Below the pieces are notes generated by a model. It was given only the letters and a program-made list of their open reading frames with translations, did no database searches and was not told the origin of the DNA. A stretch of DNA of 64,000 bases. It comes from the human T2T-CHM13v2.0 reference genome, Homo sapiens. The first letter of the stretch is position 1. Each line of letters opens with the position of its first letter. Shown one piece after another: positions 18,136 through 32,344 of this stretch. The translations under genes and the position numbers were made by a program. The DNA lies in assembly GCF_009914755.1 (NCBI RefSeq), contig NC_060929.1; one strand, written 5' to 3'.

Positions 18136-18744
18136 GAAAAGAAATCTATAAACTTGGAACATCCATAGGGTAGATCTCATCTATATCCTTCATCCATAAT
18201 CAAGTTTTTTATAGAGGAGAACTCCAGAGAACTTCCTTCATTTATCTCTACATTTTCGGATTATGCTTTTCTCCTTTCGTTAAAAATCACGTCTACGATA
18301 CTTTATAAGTTGTCCTAAAATAAATTCTTTCTCTATGTTCAATCAAAAAAGAAAAGATTTGACTTAATAGTAGGTATAAGAGGTAGAGAAAGTTAATAGA
18401 AAACAAAGGAAGATTTTTATTAACCTACTCAACAAATCCATATATTTAAATTAGACATCCTATCTGTAAAGGGGCAGAATATTTAATGACCATCACTTAA
18501 ATTCATTATCTGTGAAATATTACTTAACTAGCACATTTTCATCAAAAAATTCTCTGAGTGAGCATTGTGCTTCCGCCTTAGATATATGACATGATAATTT
18601 CCCTTTTTTTGTAAGACATTTTATACTACTTTTATATTATCCAACCACCTTCTACAGAAAAAAAGATACGTGACTAAAGTCTATACTTTGTCTGATAGCA
18701 TTATTACCAACTTAAAATTGTCTAGTATTAAAATTTTAGAGAGA

Positions 18745-18900
18745 TGAGCTTATTCCTGCAAGAATGGCTATAATGAAAAAAAATAAAAAATAATAGATGT
18801 TGGCATGGATGCAGTGAAAAGGGAACACTTCTAGACTGCTGGTGGGAATATAAACTAGTACAACCACTACGGAAAAGAGTGTGGAGACTCCTTAAAGAAG
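18745..18900 (+). mobile_element. Short L1PB-like ORF2 fragment
   Basis: aataatagatgttggcatggatgcagtgaaaagggaacactt...gctggtgggaat. Confidence 0.75.
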
Positions 18901-21900
18901 AGACTTTCAAATTTGCTTAATTAAAAATCCTCATTTTAATAGTGAGCAAAAAGAAATCAAGCAAGACTAAATTATTTTCCTTAGCTTCTCATTCACAGAG
19001 TTAATATGTACATAGATCTAATTCCCACTCCAATTTTTCCTTTCCTTGTTCACTGTCATTAATTTGTCCTAAATTTTGTAGTGGTTTACAGATGTCAAAG
19101 ACTGTCTCTGATGTGGGTCCAAAGAGCAAACTAGTCACTGTCTTACGGTGCTTTTATTCTGGTGGAGATAGAGATTAATATAAATTAATAACTTCTTACA
19201 GTGATAATTTCTATGAGAAAAAATTAATATACTAATGTGAGAAAGCTGAATGAGAGACCTAAGCTGAGGGATGTACTTTATAATGGGAGTCAGGAGTTGA
19301 GGCCAAGTGACAAGAAACAGCCATGCTGTGAAAATCTGGGAAAAGAATGTTCGATGTAGATACAAGACGTTGTACAAAGTCCCCGGGGTAGAAAAAAGTC
19401 TCTCCTGATCAAGGGTTAGAAAGTGAATGTAAGCAAAGTACATCTAACAAACATGTGGTGTAGGCTAATGAGGAGTCTGAGCCCAGAGACCCCTGCACAC
19501 TTCAATACAGAGCTTCGACTTTATTGAAAGAATCCCTTTGGATCCTGTCTGGAGAATGGACTGATGGGTGACAAAAATGAAAACAAGAAGAACAATTAAA
19601 AGGCTATTATTCCTTCCTTAATCAGACAATAAATTACTTTTTTAGAAATGTAAACTCGTAAAAATTAAGGAAAAAAGAATAAACAAACGTAAGAAAATTC
19701 TGTCAAAATTATTGATTTTCTTCTTAAATCATGTATTTACTAAGTACTATATTTTGAATATCTCTGAACAAGTTGTGACAAGTAAACAAAATGAAGGACT
19801 TATTATAATTTACAAATCCGGGGAAAAGCAAAATTGTTTAAATAGTGAAGAGGACATGTATCTCAGAACATATTTAAATCTATCTACAAAAAAGGATAAT
19901 GAATTTAAATGTTATGTGTCAGAATTCATTTTTAAATTGTAAGCTGTATTTCAAGTATCATACATATAATTTGTGGTTATTACTTATTTTGTAAGCTTAC
20001 CATTTATTTTTAGAATGCTAAACATGTAGTGTTTTGTTACATACAAAAGAATGTTACTCAATAGGACTTTGTGAAATTCAATGTGAGTTTCTATGCTAGC
20101 TAAACTCTACCTATTATTTTTTTCTATCATGGACTGCTGTCCTTAAAAGTTGTGTAATTTTTTTATCATGACTATTATGCCCTGCCTTAATGTAATTAGT
20201 AATATTGCTGTTAGTTTTCAATTTGGCAGTTTATAGGGTACATAATATAAGTTATAAAATTTCAAAACTTCAAATAATGACCAAAGCGGAGAAAGCTTTT
20301 ATTTCAAAAAATGATGCTATTCTAGAACACTTGCTACTCAGGTATAATTTTGAATTACTGCTTAATTCTATTACAATAATAAATGTAATTTATCTATGAT
20401 AATTCATGAAAGGAACTAGTTAAGCTTGCATTCTTTATTTCTACTAATAATACCTGATATACAGAAAATTTTCGGGTACTCTAAAAATCACTCATCATTT
20501 GTAGGAGTAGAAACCCAGAGTTCAAAATTTTAGGTACTTCATTGACTTGAAAGTTCAAAAGGATGTCCAAGTAATAGCCTCTTAAATTTTCCTGAGGCAC
20601 ATCAGAAATTTAGCCCTTAATTATTTTCTATTCAACTACTTTGCAAAAAGTTGTTTCAAAGTGAAAGTTGTTAATTTCTTCTAATACAGTTCTAACCAAA
20701 TTATTATATGCTATATAAGAGAAATGTCACAAAATGCCCAGCTTAATGAAGATACTCATATTTCTAAAAGTGATCAATTTAATCAATTTTATCTTGTTTA
20801 AATCATATGAATGTATAGGCAGGAGAGAGATAGATAACTAGAGTTATCTAATTCTGGTTAGCTAATAATAATCATGTAACCAAATAGTCAAGAATTCTAA
20901 ATGTATTAATTTTATCATTATGTAAATACATTTTCTGGTTGTCACAATCATTAAAAGAATAAATTTTTCTTCTTTGAATGCAAGATAAAGACTTGCATAA
21001 AAAAAATGTATTGCATTTTTTTCCCTGCCCCTCTTCTACTTATGATGTTTTATTTATATAAATGGGGTTTTGGGTAAATATTGTCAATGTCAAATTATTG
21101 CTTTCTAATATTTATTAGAGAGATTTTCAAAGTTTAACTTTGAAATATAACTTGCTTAAATAATTGTATCATTTTAAACAAAATTTGTTTTTTTCCACTT
21201 ATTTGTTTTGGCTTGAAATTTATATCATCTGATGTCTATACTTTGAGTGACACAAATTAGCTGCAATTACTAAATGCTTATTATATGCCAAGGATTATAC
21301 TAAATATCTCATATGCATAATCTCATTTGTTTCGTGGGACAACTCTATGGAATAAGTGTTATTAACTCCATGTTCCAGAAAAGAAAACTGATGTGTACTT
21401 AGATTAAATCTATGAATGATTAAATCTGAATTGAAATCTGGAATTACTTGGCACTGGAGTCCAGGCTCTGGGTTCTGCAATGTATGCCATGCTCTAGGTT
21501 GTGCTCTGTTTCTCCTGCTGTGCATTTGCTTTTTTATTTCTTTTTGTTCTTGCTCTGTTTCATCCCACCTTCCCACAAACCCATGATACAAACATCTTTG
21601 AAAAGGTGTGAAATTGCAATTTAAAGAGAAGCAGATATTACTGAACTCCTACCAGCAGAAAGAATGAGTTGTCCAACAATTTTGTTGGTATGAATTTTTT
21701 ATGAGCCAGGTTGTAGAAGGAATGAAGGCCAACTTTCAATTACAGAGAATAGATCCTTAGTTTAATGAGATCAAGCATTTTTAGTGGCATTGGTCTTGCT
21801 TTTCTTTTTTTGAAGATTCAGCCTAATAGGAATTTATAATTTATAGCAATATCTATCAATCTCTGGAAACCCTTAGTGTTTCATGACTTAGCATTCCATA

Positions 21901-22439
21901 TTTTTGGGAAGTTTAATAATTTTTTATGTCTCCAGAAATATTTTAATATGTCGTGACTGAATGTGTTCTGATATGCAGATATCAGTATAAACCAAAAGTT
22001 TTCATTTTTGTTTGCAAATATCTGTACAAGTGAAAGGCAGACATTTGCCTTAAAATACAAATAATATGTAAGTTTTATTTTCATATATTTTTATACATTT
22101 GCTTTCTTTTTCTTGTGACAAGAATGAATTCAAATTAACTATGAGATTTTTAAAATTTTCAGCCTCATCACTCATAGCCTCTTAGTTTTGAAAGACAGTA
22201 ACCATAAAATAGTGTACTAGAAGTAATTTACTCATTTCGTTCTATTATTTTTAAATTGAAAATAACATTACTAACATATTTAGTAACTTATTTAATCTGC
22301 ACCTAGTGTTTCTTTCTCTGTCTTCTGCTCCATGGACAAATTCTAAAACATTAATATATTTCAGTCAATTAAAAAAACTTTTCTATTCATCCCCTTCCAA
22401 ATATAGAATATTACTGCATTGGATTCCTCTTTATTGGTT

Positions 22440-22520
22440 GTTATGGGTTGAATTTTGTACCCCAAGAAAGATATACTGAAGTCCTAACCCACAGTACCTC
22501 AGAATGTAATCTTAGTTGGA
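22440..22520 (+). mobile_element. MLT1B/C-type LTR 5' fragment
   Basis: gttatgggttgaattttgtacccc...gaagtcctaaccc...ggaaatagggg. Confidence 0.65.
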
Positions 22521-23904
22521 AATAGGGGCTTTACAGAAGAAAAATGGCTTCAATTTCTAGTTATCCATCTGTTTCATATTTTATTTCTATTATACAATGT
22601 GTTATAGAGACAACATGATAGCTGCTATGAATCCAATCTCTTCAGACTGTAGTAGTCCAGAGCTCATTCTCTTTGTACATCTTTCTGAACTACTAAATTT
22701 TATGAAAACACATTACATGTGCTTAATGTACCTAAAGAAAAAAAATCAGTTCTTTTGTGGATTTTGAAGTTTAAAACATATTGTGATAATTGCCATATAT
22801 AAATAGGTCTTCCCTGTCCTCTGCAAACAAAGAATCACCACCATATATTCAGCAACACCCAACATCAACCACTACCCTCTGAAAAATCTTTTTTAAGACA
22901 GTTATGCATATAACCATTAAAATCAGTGTTCTACTTATCTGCTCAAAATCACAATAAAAGTAAAACATAAAAGTTCCAGTTATTTCATTAAAAAACTCTA
23001 AAACAGAAAACTGAATTTTAGAAAAAGTATTTTTATGGAAAATAAAACATGGCACATATAATTACACAGGGAACAAATGCTCTGTTTTTGTGATTGGCTC
23101 AGAGGAATGAAGCTGCAAATTCAAAATTCTTTCTTCATTCTCACTTAGCATATAGACTACAAAAAAATAGTAAAATGCATGCCTTTACATTTACTGTGAT
23201 TTTAAAGACATAGGAATTTGTTAGTTGTGTTTTCTGAATTCTCGTTCTCTAAATAAAAACAAATGTTACATTAAAAAAAAATTGTTCCTTCAAAACTTTG
23301 GAGTGGAAACTGACTATAATTCCAGGAAGCTGCTTTGTTTATCTATGAAATAAATAATTTGAAATTAAAAGTTCATGTTTAGTAGTGATGAAAATAAATT
23401 TTACAAACTACCCAGTTAAGTACTAATAAAGGATACTCAAATTTCTGCATTCTGTTTTACTTGAATATTTATTTGCATATGACTATTTTCCTATCTTTAT
23501 AAAAAGCTGTTTAATATTTAGTGCATGTCATTCTTATTCATGTTATCATTTAAGTAGCAGCAATTTTGGAAATTAAATATTTTCCAATGTGAGATATTTG
23601 TTGAGGTTTTAGCCAAAGTTAGAGATTAATATAATTGTTTTGAGTAATACTATAGATTTATATATAATTAAAGCAGAAATATTATAGTATTACAATGTAT
23701 AATTATTATTTTTGAATAGAGATAATCTAAGTTGTTACTATTTACTTCTATATTATGTTGATATTTTTAAATTAAATTTTCTTCTAATATACATTGTTTC
23801 ATATTAGTGTAACAATTTCTCATCTCTGTATTGTTTAAAATATATACATATATTTAAAATATATATAATCACAGCAGAAAACAGTACTCATTTAAGCAAC
23901 TCAA

Positions 23905-24225
23905 TTTTTTAAAATTGTATTTTAAGTTAAGGGATATATGAGCTTTTTGTTATATAGGTAAACTCGTGTCATGGGGGTTTGTTATACAGATTATTCCATC
24001 ACCCAGTTATTAAGCCCAGTACCTAATAATTATCATTTCTGCTCCTCTCCCTCCTCCCACTCTTCCCCACTGAAGTAGACCCTAGTGTCTCTAATTTCCT
24101 TCTTTGTGTTTGTAAGTTCTCAACATTTAGCTCCCAGTTACAAGTGAGGACATGTGGTATTTGGTTTTCTCTTCCTGTGTTAGTTTGCTAAGGATAATGA
24201 CCTCCAGCATCATTTATGTCCCTGA
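23905..24225 (-). mobile_element. L1 3' UTR fragment (L1PB/MA-like)
   Basis: ggtaaactcgtgtcatgggggtttgttatacagattatt...tttagctccc...ggataatgacctccagc. Confidence 0.85.
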
Positions 24226-27200
24226 AAATTTTAATGAAAGTTCAGATTTACAAAAATAGAAAAGAAGAACATACAGAACTACTGAATCTTAGGTTCCTGA
24301 ATTAGTATCTAAAACACAGATTAGATAAACATAAAGTCAACAGAAAATTTTTCCCCACTTCACCATGAAAAAATTATCTTATACTTGCCACCGCTCCCCA
24401 CAGCATCTTCCTGTCTCTTCTTTTTGTGCCAATAAGATGACCCCAGAAAATCATGTTAAGTTACTCCATCTTGTCCCCAGGAGGACACTTAGAATCTTGA
24501 AGCCAGAAGTCCTTCCACAATAGGTCTTAACATTCTAATATTATCTCTCTATAATTTAAAATAGCAAACATATGTGTTATAGCTGCTGCAAAGTAAGAAA
24601 AAATATTGAAATGTGTGTTACTGAACATTAATAATTTAAAAAATAGTTTAACATTTTCATTTTGTTAGATAGATTTGTGTTTGTCTCTTGTGATTTTGGA
24701 TTTTCCCTCCAAAAAGCTTTGTTCTTCTGCATGTAGTTGTTTATGAATTTGACAAGGCTACTGGGAGTAAGAGCATAAATTTCAGGGTTATCTGTAAGTT
24801 ACTTAAGACATCAGAGAACCCCACCACTTGTATATACTGAGGAAGTGTGAAATATTCAGGAATTTGCAGAGACATTAAGCATGCAATCACAAAATAAAGT
24901 CAATAATTTTGAAGTCGGATTAGTTGATAATGGTTCTTCAACAAAGAAACTGTTTCATTCATTATTTCATGTCACATTTAGGATCAATATGGAACAACTA
25001 TTAAATGAACCAAATTAAATATGTCAAAAGTGTACTAGAAAATGTTGAAACAATTATGATACTACCCCTAAAAACCATGCATGTGTCATGACACACTTGG
25101 CTTATAACTTCCAAGGATGACTCCCAATGAAGAGTGCATAAAGTTTAATGAGAAACTACACTAGAAAGCACAAAATCATGAAAGAAAAAATTTCATCTCA
25201 AGCACCATTCACACCACAGAACAAAAACCTTCAGTTAAAGGAAGAATGACTATACGTGGAAAAGAAGGGAATAAAGAATATTACAAAGGTGAAGAAAACA
25301 GAAAAAAATTGTAGACTAAAACTGTTAAGTATCTTCATACCATTTTCTTATTCAGGAAAAACTTGAATAAGTTAGCTAGAAATGCTAATGTATTATTAAG
25401 AAAAGGAGACTGATATCAACAGTTGAAGTTGCCAGTGGGTAAATGTAAGGCCTAACAGAAAATTCCAGGGCTGGGTGACATAGATAGTGTGAAACACATA
25501 ATTATAGGTCAGTGGTTCCAGAAAGTTCCTGAACTCTTCTTCAGTTATCTCCAAATCCTCTATGTTTCTGCCTCATTCTACACTTCATTTCCTTCACTTT
25601 TTTTATTCTTTCCTCTTTCCTTACTCCTTTAAGCCTAAATTACCCTAGTTCATCATTTCAAACATTATCTTGCTAGCATTCTCAACTTTTTTTTTAACAT
25701 TGCACATTCCTGGCCAAACCTTTCCATGTGTTATTTTTTGCTATTGCATGCAAGTTGTTAAGAGTTGCTGGAGAAGACCAGTTCAATGTAATAATAAAAG
25801 CAGATAAATTCCACTATTGATCAATTCATGGTCTTTAATGACTTTCAGATTTGCATTACTAAAAACAGTAAATTCTCTCTTCCCGCTTTTCCACATAGTT
25901 ATTTGAGCTTCTATTTATTTTTCAAATTTACTTTTTTTTCTCCCTTCAGTGTTACAGATGATCTCTACTGCTACTTTATGAAGAAGCTAAAAACTATCAA
26001 ATAAAACCTCCCATGATTAGTTGCCACCTCGGCTATAGCTGTCTTCATTTGCACTAGGTTCACATCTTTCCTTCTTCCTTTTGTTTTCAGGGAGCAAAGC
26101 ATTTTTCTTCCTTGTCTGTAAGGCTAGTTATTTTATTTCTCTAAATTCCACGCTAATCTTTATTCTCAGAGACTAATCTTTATTCATATGTATAAATTAT
26201 CACTTCACTTTTGTAATATCAACTTTTCTCACTTTAATAAATCCTTTCAATCGACATCTACTTTTCTGTAAACCTGTCTGTGTTCCAAAGTCATCATCAC
26301 TTATATCTCCATTTTCGAGTTCTCATTTGGCTTTTTATGGCCTCCAGAATCAGATTACTTCTGATATGAGCTTATTACTGACAACTCTATTTTGATAACT
26401 TACTGTGACACTAACATCAGCAAATATATAGGAACCATATTTAAGTATCCCTTTTCCCCAACTCTGACTTCCAAAATTGACTTCCAAACTCCCAGACATT
26501 TTCTTCTTTTCTTTGACTCTCACTTCCTTTCCAAATGTCTTAGGTCAGTCTCCTAATGTGATCTGCCTGAAGCCAGTCTTGTCTACTTTAATCTGGTCTC
26601 CAATGTTAGCTAGATATGTTTCTTTCTTTAAAAAAGTCATTTTATTTTTCAGATAAAAACTTTTCAGTGAGTTCTAGTTACAGTCAGTAAAAAATCCGAA
26701 ATCTATCTTGCCCAGCTCATTTCACCCTTCTGCTGGACTTTTTGCAAGTCTCTCTTAAATATCCTTGCCTTGTAAAACATATGAATCATTCTCTCACTTC
26801 CCAACCTTTTCAAAGACTATTTATTTAATGCATCTTTCAATCTTATCCAAACCGTGTTTGTAGTTTCGTGATCTAGTTATCGCTTCCTCTCTTTAGCATT
26901 CTCTGACGACTTCAAGAATCATTACATGCCCCCAAGAACTCTCATGGTAACCTGTACTTTTGTGTCACTGAGTTCCTTAAATACTTGGTTCTTTATATAC
27001 TTCCATGTTCATTCTCTAACAGCTGATGCTTTCTCTGAAACCATTACAGTTCTATGAGCATGATGAGGAAATTAAGTGCCATTTCTGCTATCTAATTTCT
27101 GTTCCCACTGTTTTTAAATATATTTTCTCAATCATTCTGACTGCTACACCTGCTGCTCATCTAGTAAATACTCTTATACATAAAGGCAATTTTAAACTGA

Positions 27201-27562
27201 TTAAGGTCTTTCTCTCCAATGAATAAGTTAGGCCATTTTAAAAGAATAACAGTAATAAATATAAACAGAATGCATCCTCCTCAGTGAATCCTTTAAGTGA
27301 TATGCTGCTGTGCTATTGCTTCATTCGGCATGAAGGTGACAGTAGCTTAGACCTACTGAGGAAAAATGGCTTTCTTCTCTTTACTTAAAAAGCAGTCTCT
27401 GACAAGTAAATAAGGCACATTATTTTTCATTAAAATATATCTAATGATGACTCTGCGGTGGTCATCTCAGCACATAAATGGGCTTACCATTTTATTTTTT
27501 AAAACCATAAAGCACCTTTATACCATTGTTTGCTTACTTCACCCATATTCTCTCTCTCTCCC

Positions 27563-28195
<633 letters not shown>

Positions 28196-29723
28196 CCATA
28201 TTCTATTTTATCTCTGATAGCGAAAGTGTTTCATGCTTATCAAATATCCATATTAATCCAGCCTGTATCCTAGTGTGTTCTATTTTAAGTTGATAAAATA
28301 TATCTCCCCAAAATGGTATTTTCTGATATGTAGTGATAAATACCAAGTTTAAAAATTGTTTAGCCACCACAGTGAAGTGGAAAAGTCTCATTCATCACTT
28401 ATATTACCCCCTTCCCTTATTTCAAAATGATTTTTAAAAATTCACGGGCAAAATGGAATGAATGCATTTCAGCCATTCTAATTTGGGCAAAATGTGATTA
28501 AGGCATATTGCTTTCAAATTTGTACTGATCAGAGAGTGGTTAATTGCAGTATCCAATTTCATTATAAATTGCAACTGTTGAAACCACAGAAGCAATTTAT
28601 TTATTTTTATTATCATTATAAAAATAATTTCACCTTTCATTTTAGATTTAGGGAGTACATGAGCAAGTTTGTTATATAAGTTTGTTACGTGATGCTAAGG
28701 TTTAGGGAATGAAAGTTCCTATCATGCAGGTAATGAGCATGGTACCCAATAGATAATTCTTTCAGCCACTCAGTTCCTCCCTCTCTGCATCCTCTAGAAG
28801 TCTCCAGTGTCTAGTGTTCTCACTTTTATTTTCATATGTACACAATGTTTAGTTCCACTTATAAGTGAGAACATGCAGTACTCAGTTTTCTGTTCTTGAA
28901 TTAATTTGTTTAGGATGATGACCTCCAGCTGCATCCATGTTGCAGCAAAGGACATGATTTTGTTCTCTTTCATGGCTGCATAGTATTTCATGGTATATGT
29001 GCACCACATTTTTCTTTGCTATTGTGAATAGTACTGTGATGAACATATGAGTGCATGTGTCTTTTTGGTAGAATGATATACTTTCCCTTGGTTATATACC
29101 CAGTAATGGGATAGCTGAGTCAAATAGTAGTTCTGTTTTAAGTTCTTTCAGAAATCTTCAAACTGCTTTCCACCGTAGCTACACTAATTTACATTCCCAC
29201 CAACAGGGAATAAGCGTTCTTTGCCCCAGACAGCCTTGCCAACGTCTGTTATTTTTTGACATTTTAATCATAGCCATTCTGACTTGTGTGAGATTGTATC
29301 TCACTGTGGTTTTGATGTGCACTTCTCTGTTGATCAGTGATGTTGAGCATATTTTTAGATGTTTGATGGCCACATGTACGTCTTCTTTTGAAAAGCGTCT
29401 GTTCATATTCTTTGCTGACTTTTTAATGGGGTTGTTTTGTTCTTGAGTTTCTTATGGATTCTGGATATTAAAGTTTGTTAGATGCATAGTTTGTGAATAT
29501 TTTCTCTCTTTTAGTAGGTTGTGTGTTTACTCTGTTGATATTTTCTCTTGTTGTGCAGAAATTATTTAGCTTAATTTGGTCCCACTTGCCAATTTTAATT
29601 TTGTTGCAACTACTTTTGAGGACTTAGGCATAAATTCTTTGCTGTGGCTGATATTGAGAAGACAATTTCCTATTCTAGGATTTTTTTTTCTAGGATTATT
29701 TTTATTTTAGGATTATTCTAGGA

Positions 29724-30018
29724 TTTTTTTTTTTTTTGAGACAGTGTCTCACTCTGTCACCCAGCTGAGTGCAGTGGTACAATTTCAACTCACTGCAGCC
29801 TCCACCTCGTGAGTTCAAGGAATTCTTCTGCCTCAGCATCCCAAGTAGCTGGGATCACAGGCGTGCACTACCATGCCCCACTAGTTTTTTATATTTTTAG
29901 TTGAGATAGGGTTTCACCATGTTGGCCAGGCTGGTTTTGAATTCCTGACCTCAAATGATCTGCCCCCCTCCATCTCTCAAAGTGCTAAGATTACACACGT
30001 AAGCCACCACAGCCAGCC
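29724..30018 (-). mobile_element. Alu inside L1
   Basis: Dimer; TSD TCTAGGATT. Confidence 0.92.
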
Positions 30019-32033
30019 TCTAGGATTCTTATAGTTTATGTCTTACACTTAAATATTTAATCTATCTTGAGTTAAGTTTTATACATGGTGAAAGGTAGGA
30101 GTTCAATTCGATTCTTCTGCACATGACTAGTCAGTTGTCCCAGCATCACTTACTAATAGGGATTACTTTATCTATTGTTTATTGTTATCAACTTTGTCAA
30201 AGACCAAATGATGGTAGATGTGCAGCTTTCTTTTTTTTCGTTTTCGTTTTCCATTCTATTCCATTGGTCTATGTGTCTATTTTTGGAACAGTAGCATGCT
30301 GTTTTGTTTACTATAGCTTTATGGTATAGTTTGAAGTCACTTAATGTGTTGCCTCTGGCTTTGTTCCTTTTGCTTAGGATTGCTTTGGCTATTCAAACTC
30401 CTTTTTGATTCCATATGAGTTTTGGAATAGTTTTTCTAATTCTGCGAAAAATGATGTTGGTAGTTTGAAAAAGATAGCATTGAATCTGTAGATTGCCTTA
30501 GGCAATATGACCATTTTAATGATACTGATTCTTTCAATCCGTGAGGCTGAAATATTTTTTGATTTGTTTGTGTCATCTATTATTTCTTTCAAGGGTGTTT
30601 TGCTATTCTGCTTATATACATATATGTGTGTGTGTGTGTTATGTTTACACACATATATATATATACATAAGATGTATATATATCTTTTACTTCTGTGGTT
30701 ACAGGTATTCCCAGGTATTTTATTCTTTTGTCACTACTGTAAATGGGATTATGTTCTTGATTTGGCTGTCAGTTTAAATGTTATTGGTGTATAGAAATTC
30801 TACTAATTTTTATAAATTGATTTTGTTGGGTTTTCTAGGTGTAGGATTATATTGTCAGTGCAGAGAGTTAATTTGACTTCTTCTTTTTCTATTTGGATAG
30901 CTTTTATCTATTTCTCTTGCCTGATTTCTCTTGCTAAGACTTCTAGTACTATGTTGCATAGAAGCTGTGAGAGTTAGTATCTTTATCTTGTTCCTGTTCT
31001 TAAGGGGAACGCTTCCAGCTTTTGCCCATTCAGTATGATATTAGCTATGAGTTTGTCATAGATGCCTCTTTTTAGTTTGAGGTATGTTCCTTTGCTGCCT
31101 AGTTTCTTGAGGGTTTTTGACATAAAGGGATGATGAATTTTATTGAAAGCTTTTTCTGCATCTATTGAGATAACCATATGTTTTTTGTTTCTAATTCTAT
31201 TTTTGTGGTGAATCACATTTATTAATTTGTGTATGTGGAACCAACCTTGCATCACAAGAATCACTTAATCATAGTAAATTAATTTTTGATGTGCTACTGG
31301 ATTCAGTTTGTTAGTATTTTGTTGAAGATTTTTGTGTCTGTGTTCATCAGGGATATTGGCCTGTGGATTCTTTTTTTTTTTTTTTTTTTGTCATATCTTT
31401 GACAGACTTTGCTACTGGGGTGATGCTGGGTTTGTTGAATGAGTAAAGGAGAAATTCTTCCTACTCAATTTTTTAAAGAGTTTCAATAATATTGGTACCA
31501 GCTATTCTTTGTATGTCTAGTAGTACTTGGTTGTGAATGCATCTGGTCCAGTGCTCTTGATGATTGGTAGGTTTTTTATTACTAACTCAATTTTGCAACT
31601 CAATAACGGTCTGCTCAGGGTTTTGATCTCTACTTTACTCGGTATTGGGAGGTGGTGTGTCTCTAGGAATTTATCCATTTCTTCTAGATTTTCAAGTTTG
31701 TATACATAGAGGAGTTCATAACAGTATGCTATTAATTTTTATATTTCTGGGGTATTATGTCAACTTTGTCATTTCTGATTATGCTTATTTGGATCTTCTC
31801 CCATTTTTTTCTTTGTTAATCTAGTTAGTGGTATATTGATCTTATTTAGTCTTTTGCAAAACCAACTTTTGGTTTTATTAATTCTTTATATAGATTTTTG
31901 GATCTCAATTTCATTAAGTTCTGCTCTAATTTGAGTTGGTTTTTTTCTTCTTCTAGCTTTGAGTTTAATTTGTTCTTATTTTTCTAGTTTCTATAGGTGT
32001 GATGTTAAGTTGTTAATTTGAGATGTTTCTATC

Positions 32034-32344
32034 TTTTTTTATTTGTATATATTTTTTGAGACGAAGTTTCGCTCAGCTGGAGTTGCCCAGGCTGTAGTGC
32101 AATGGCACGATCTCGGCTCACCACAACCTCCACCTCCTGGGTTCAAGCAATTCTCCTGCCTCAGCTTCCTGTGTAGCTGGGATTATAGGCATGCACCACC
32201 ATGCCCAGCTAATTTTGTATTTTTAGTAGAGATGGAGTTTCTCCATGTTGGTCAGGCTGAGCTTGAACTCCAGACCTCAGGTGATCCACGTGCCTCATCC
32301 TCCCAAAGTGCTGGGATTACAGGCATGAGCCACCGTGCCCAGCC
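32034..32344 (-). mobile_element. Alu (Sp/Sq-like) inside L1
   Basis: Dimer; atgtttct on both flanks. Confidence 0.92.

Noticed and set aside
19700-27500. Hidden exons or RNA genes in the AT-rich unique-looking stretch
   Set aside because: No recognisable tRNA/snRNA/rRNA, processed pseudogene or consistent exon chain; only faint MIR/L2/L1 traces. A lncRNA cannot be excluded from sequence alone.
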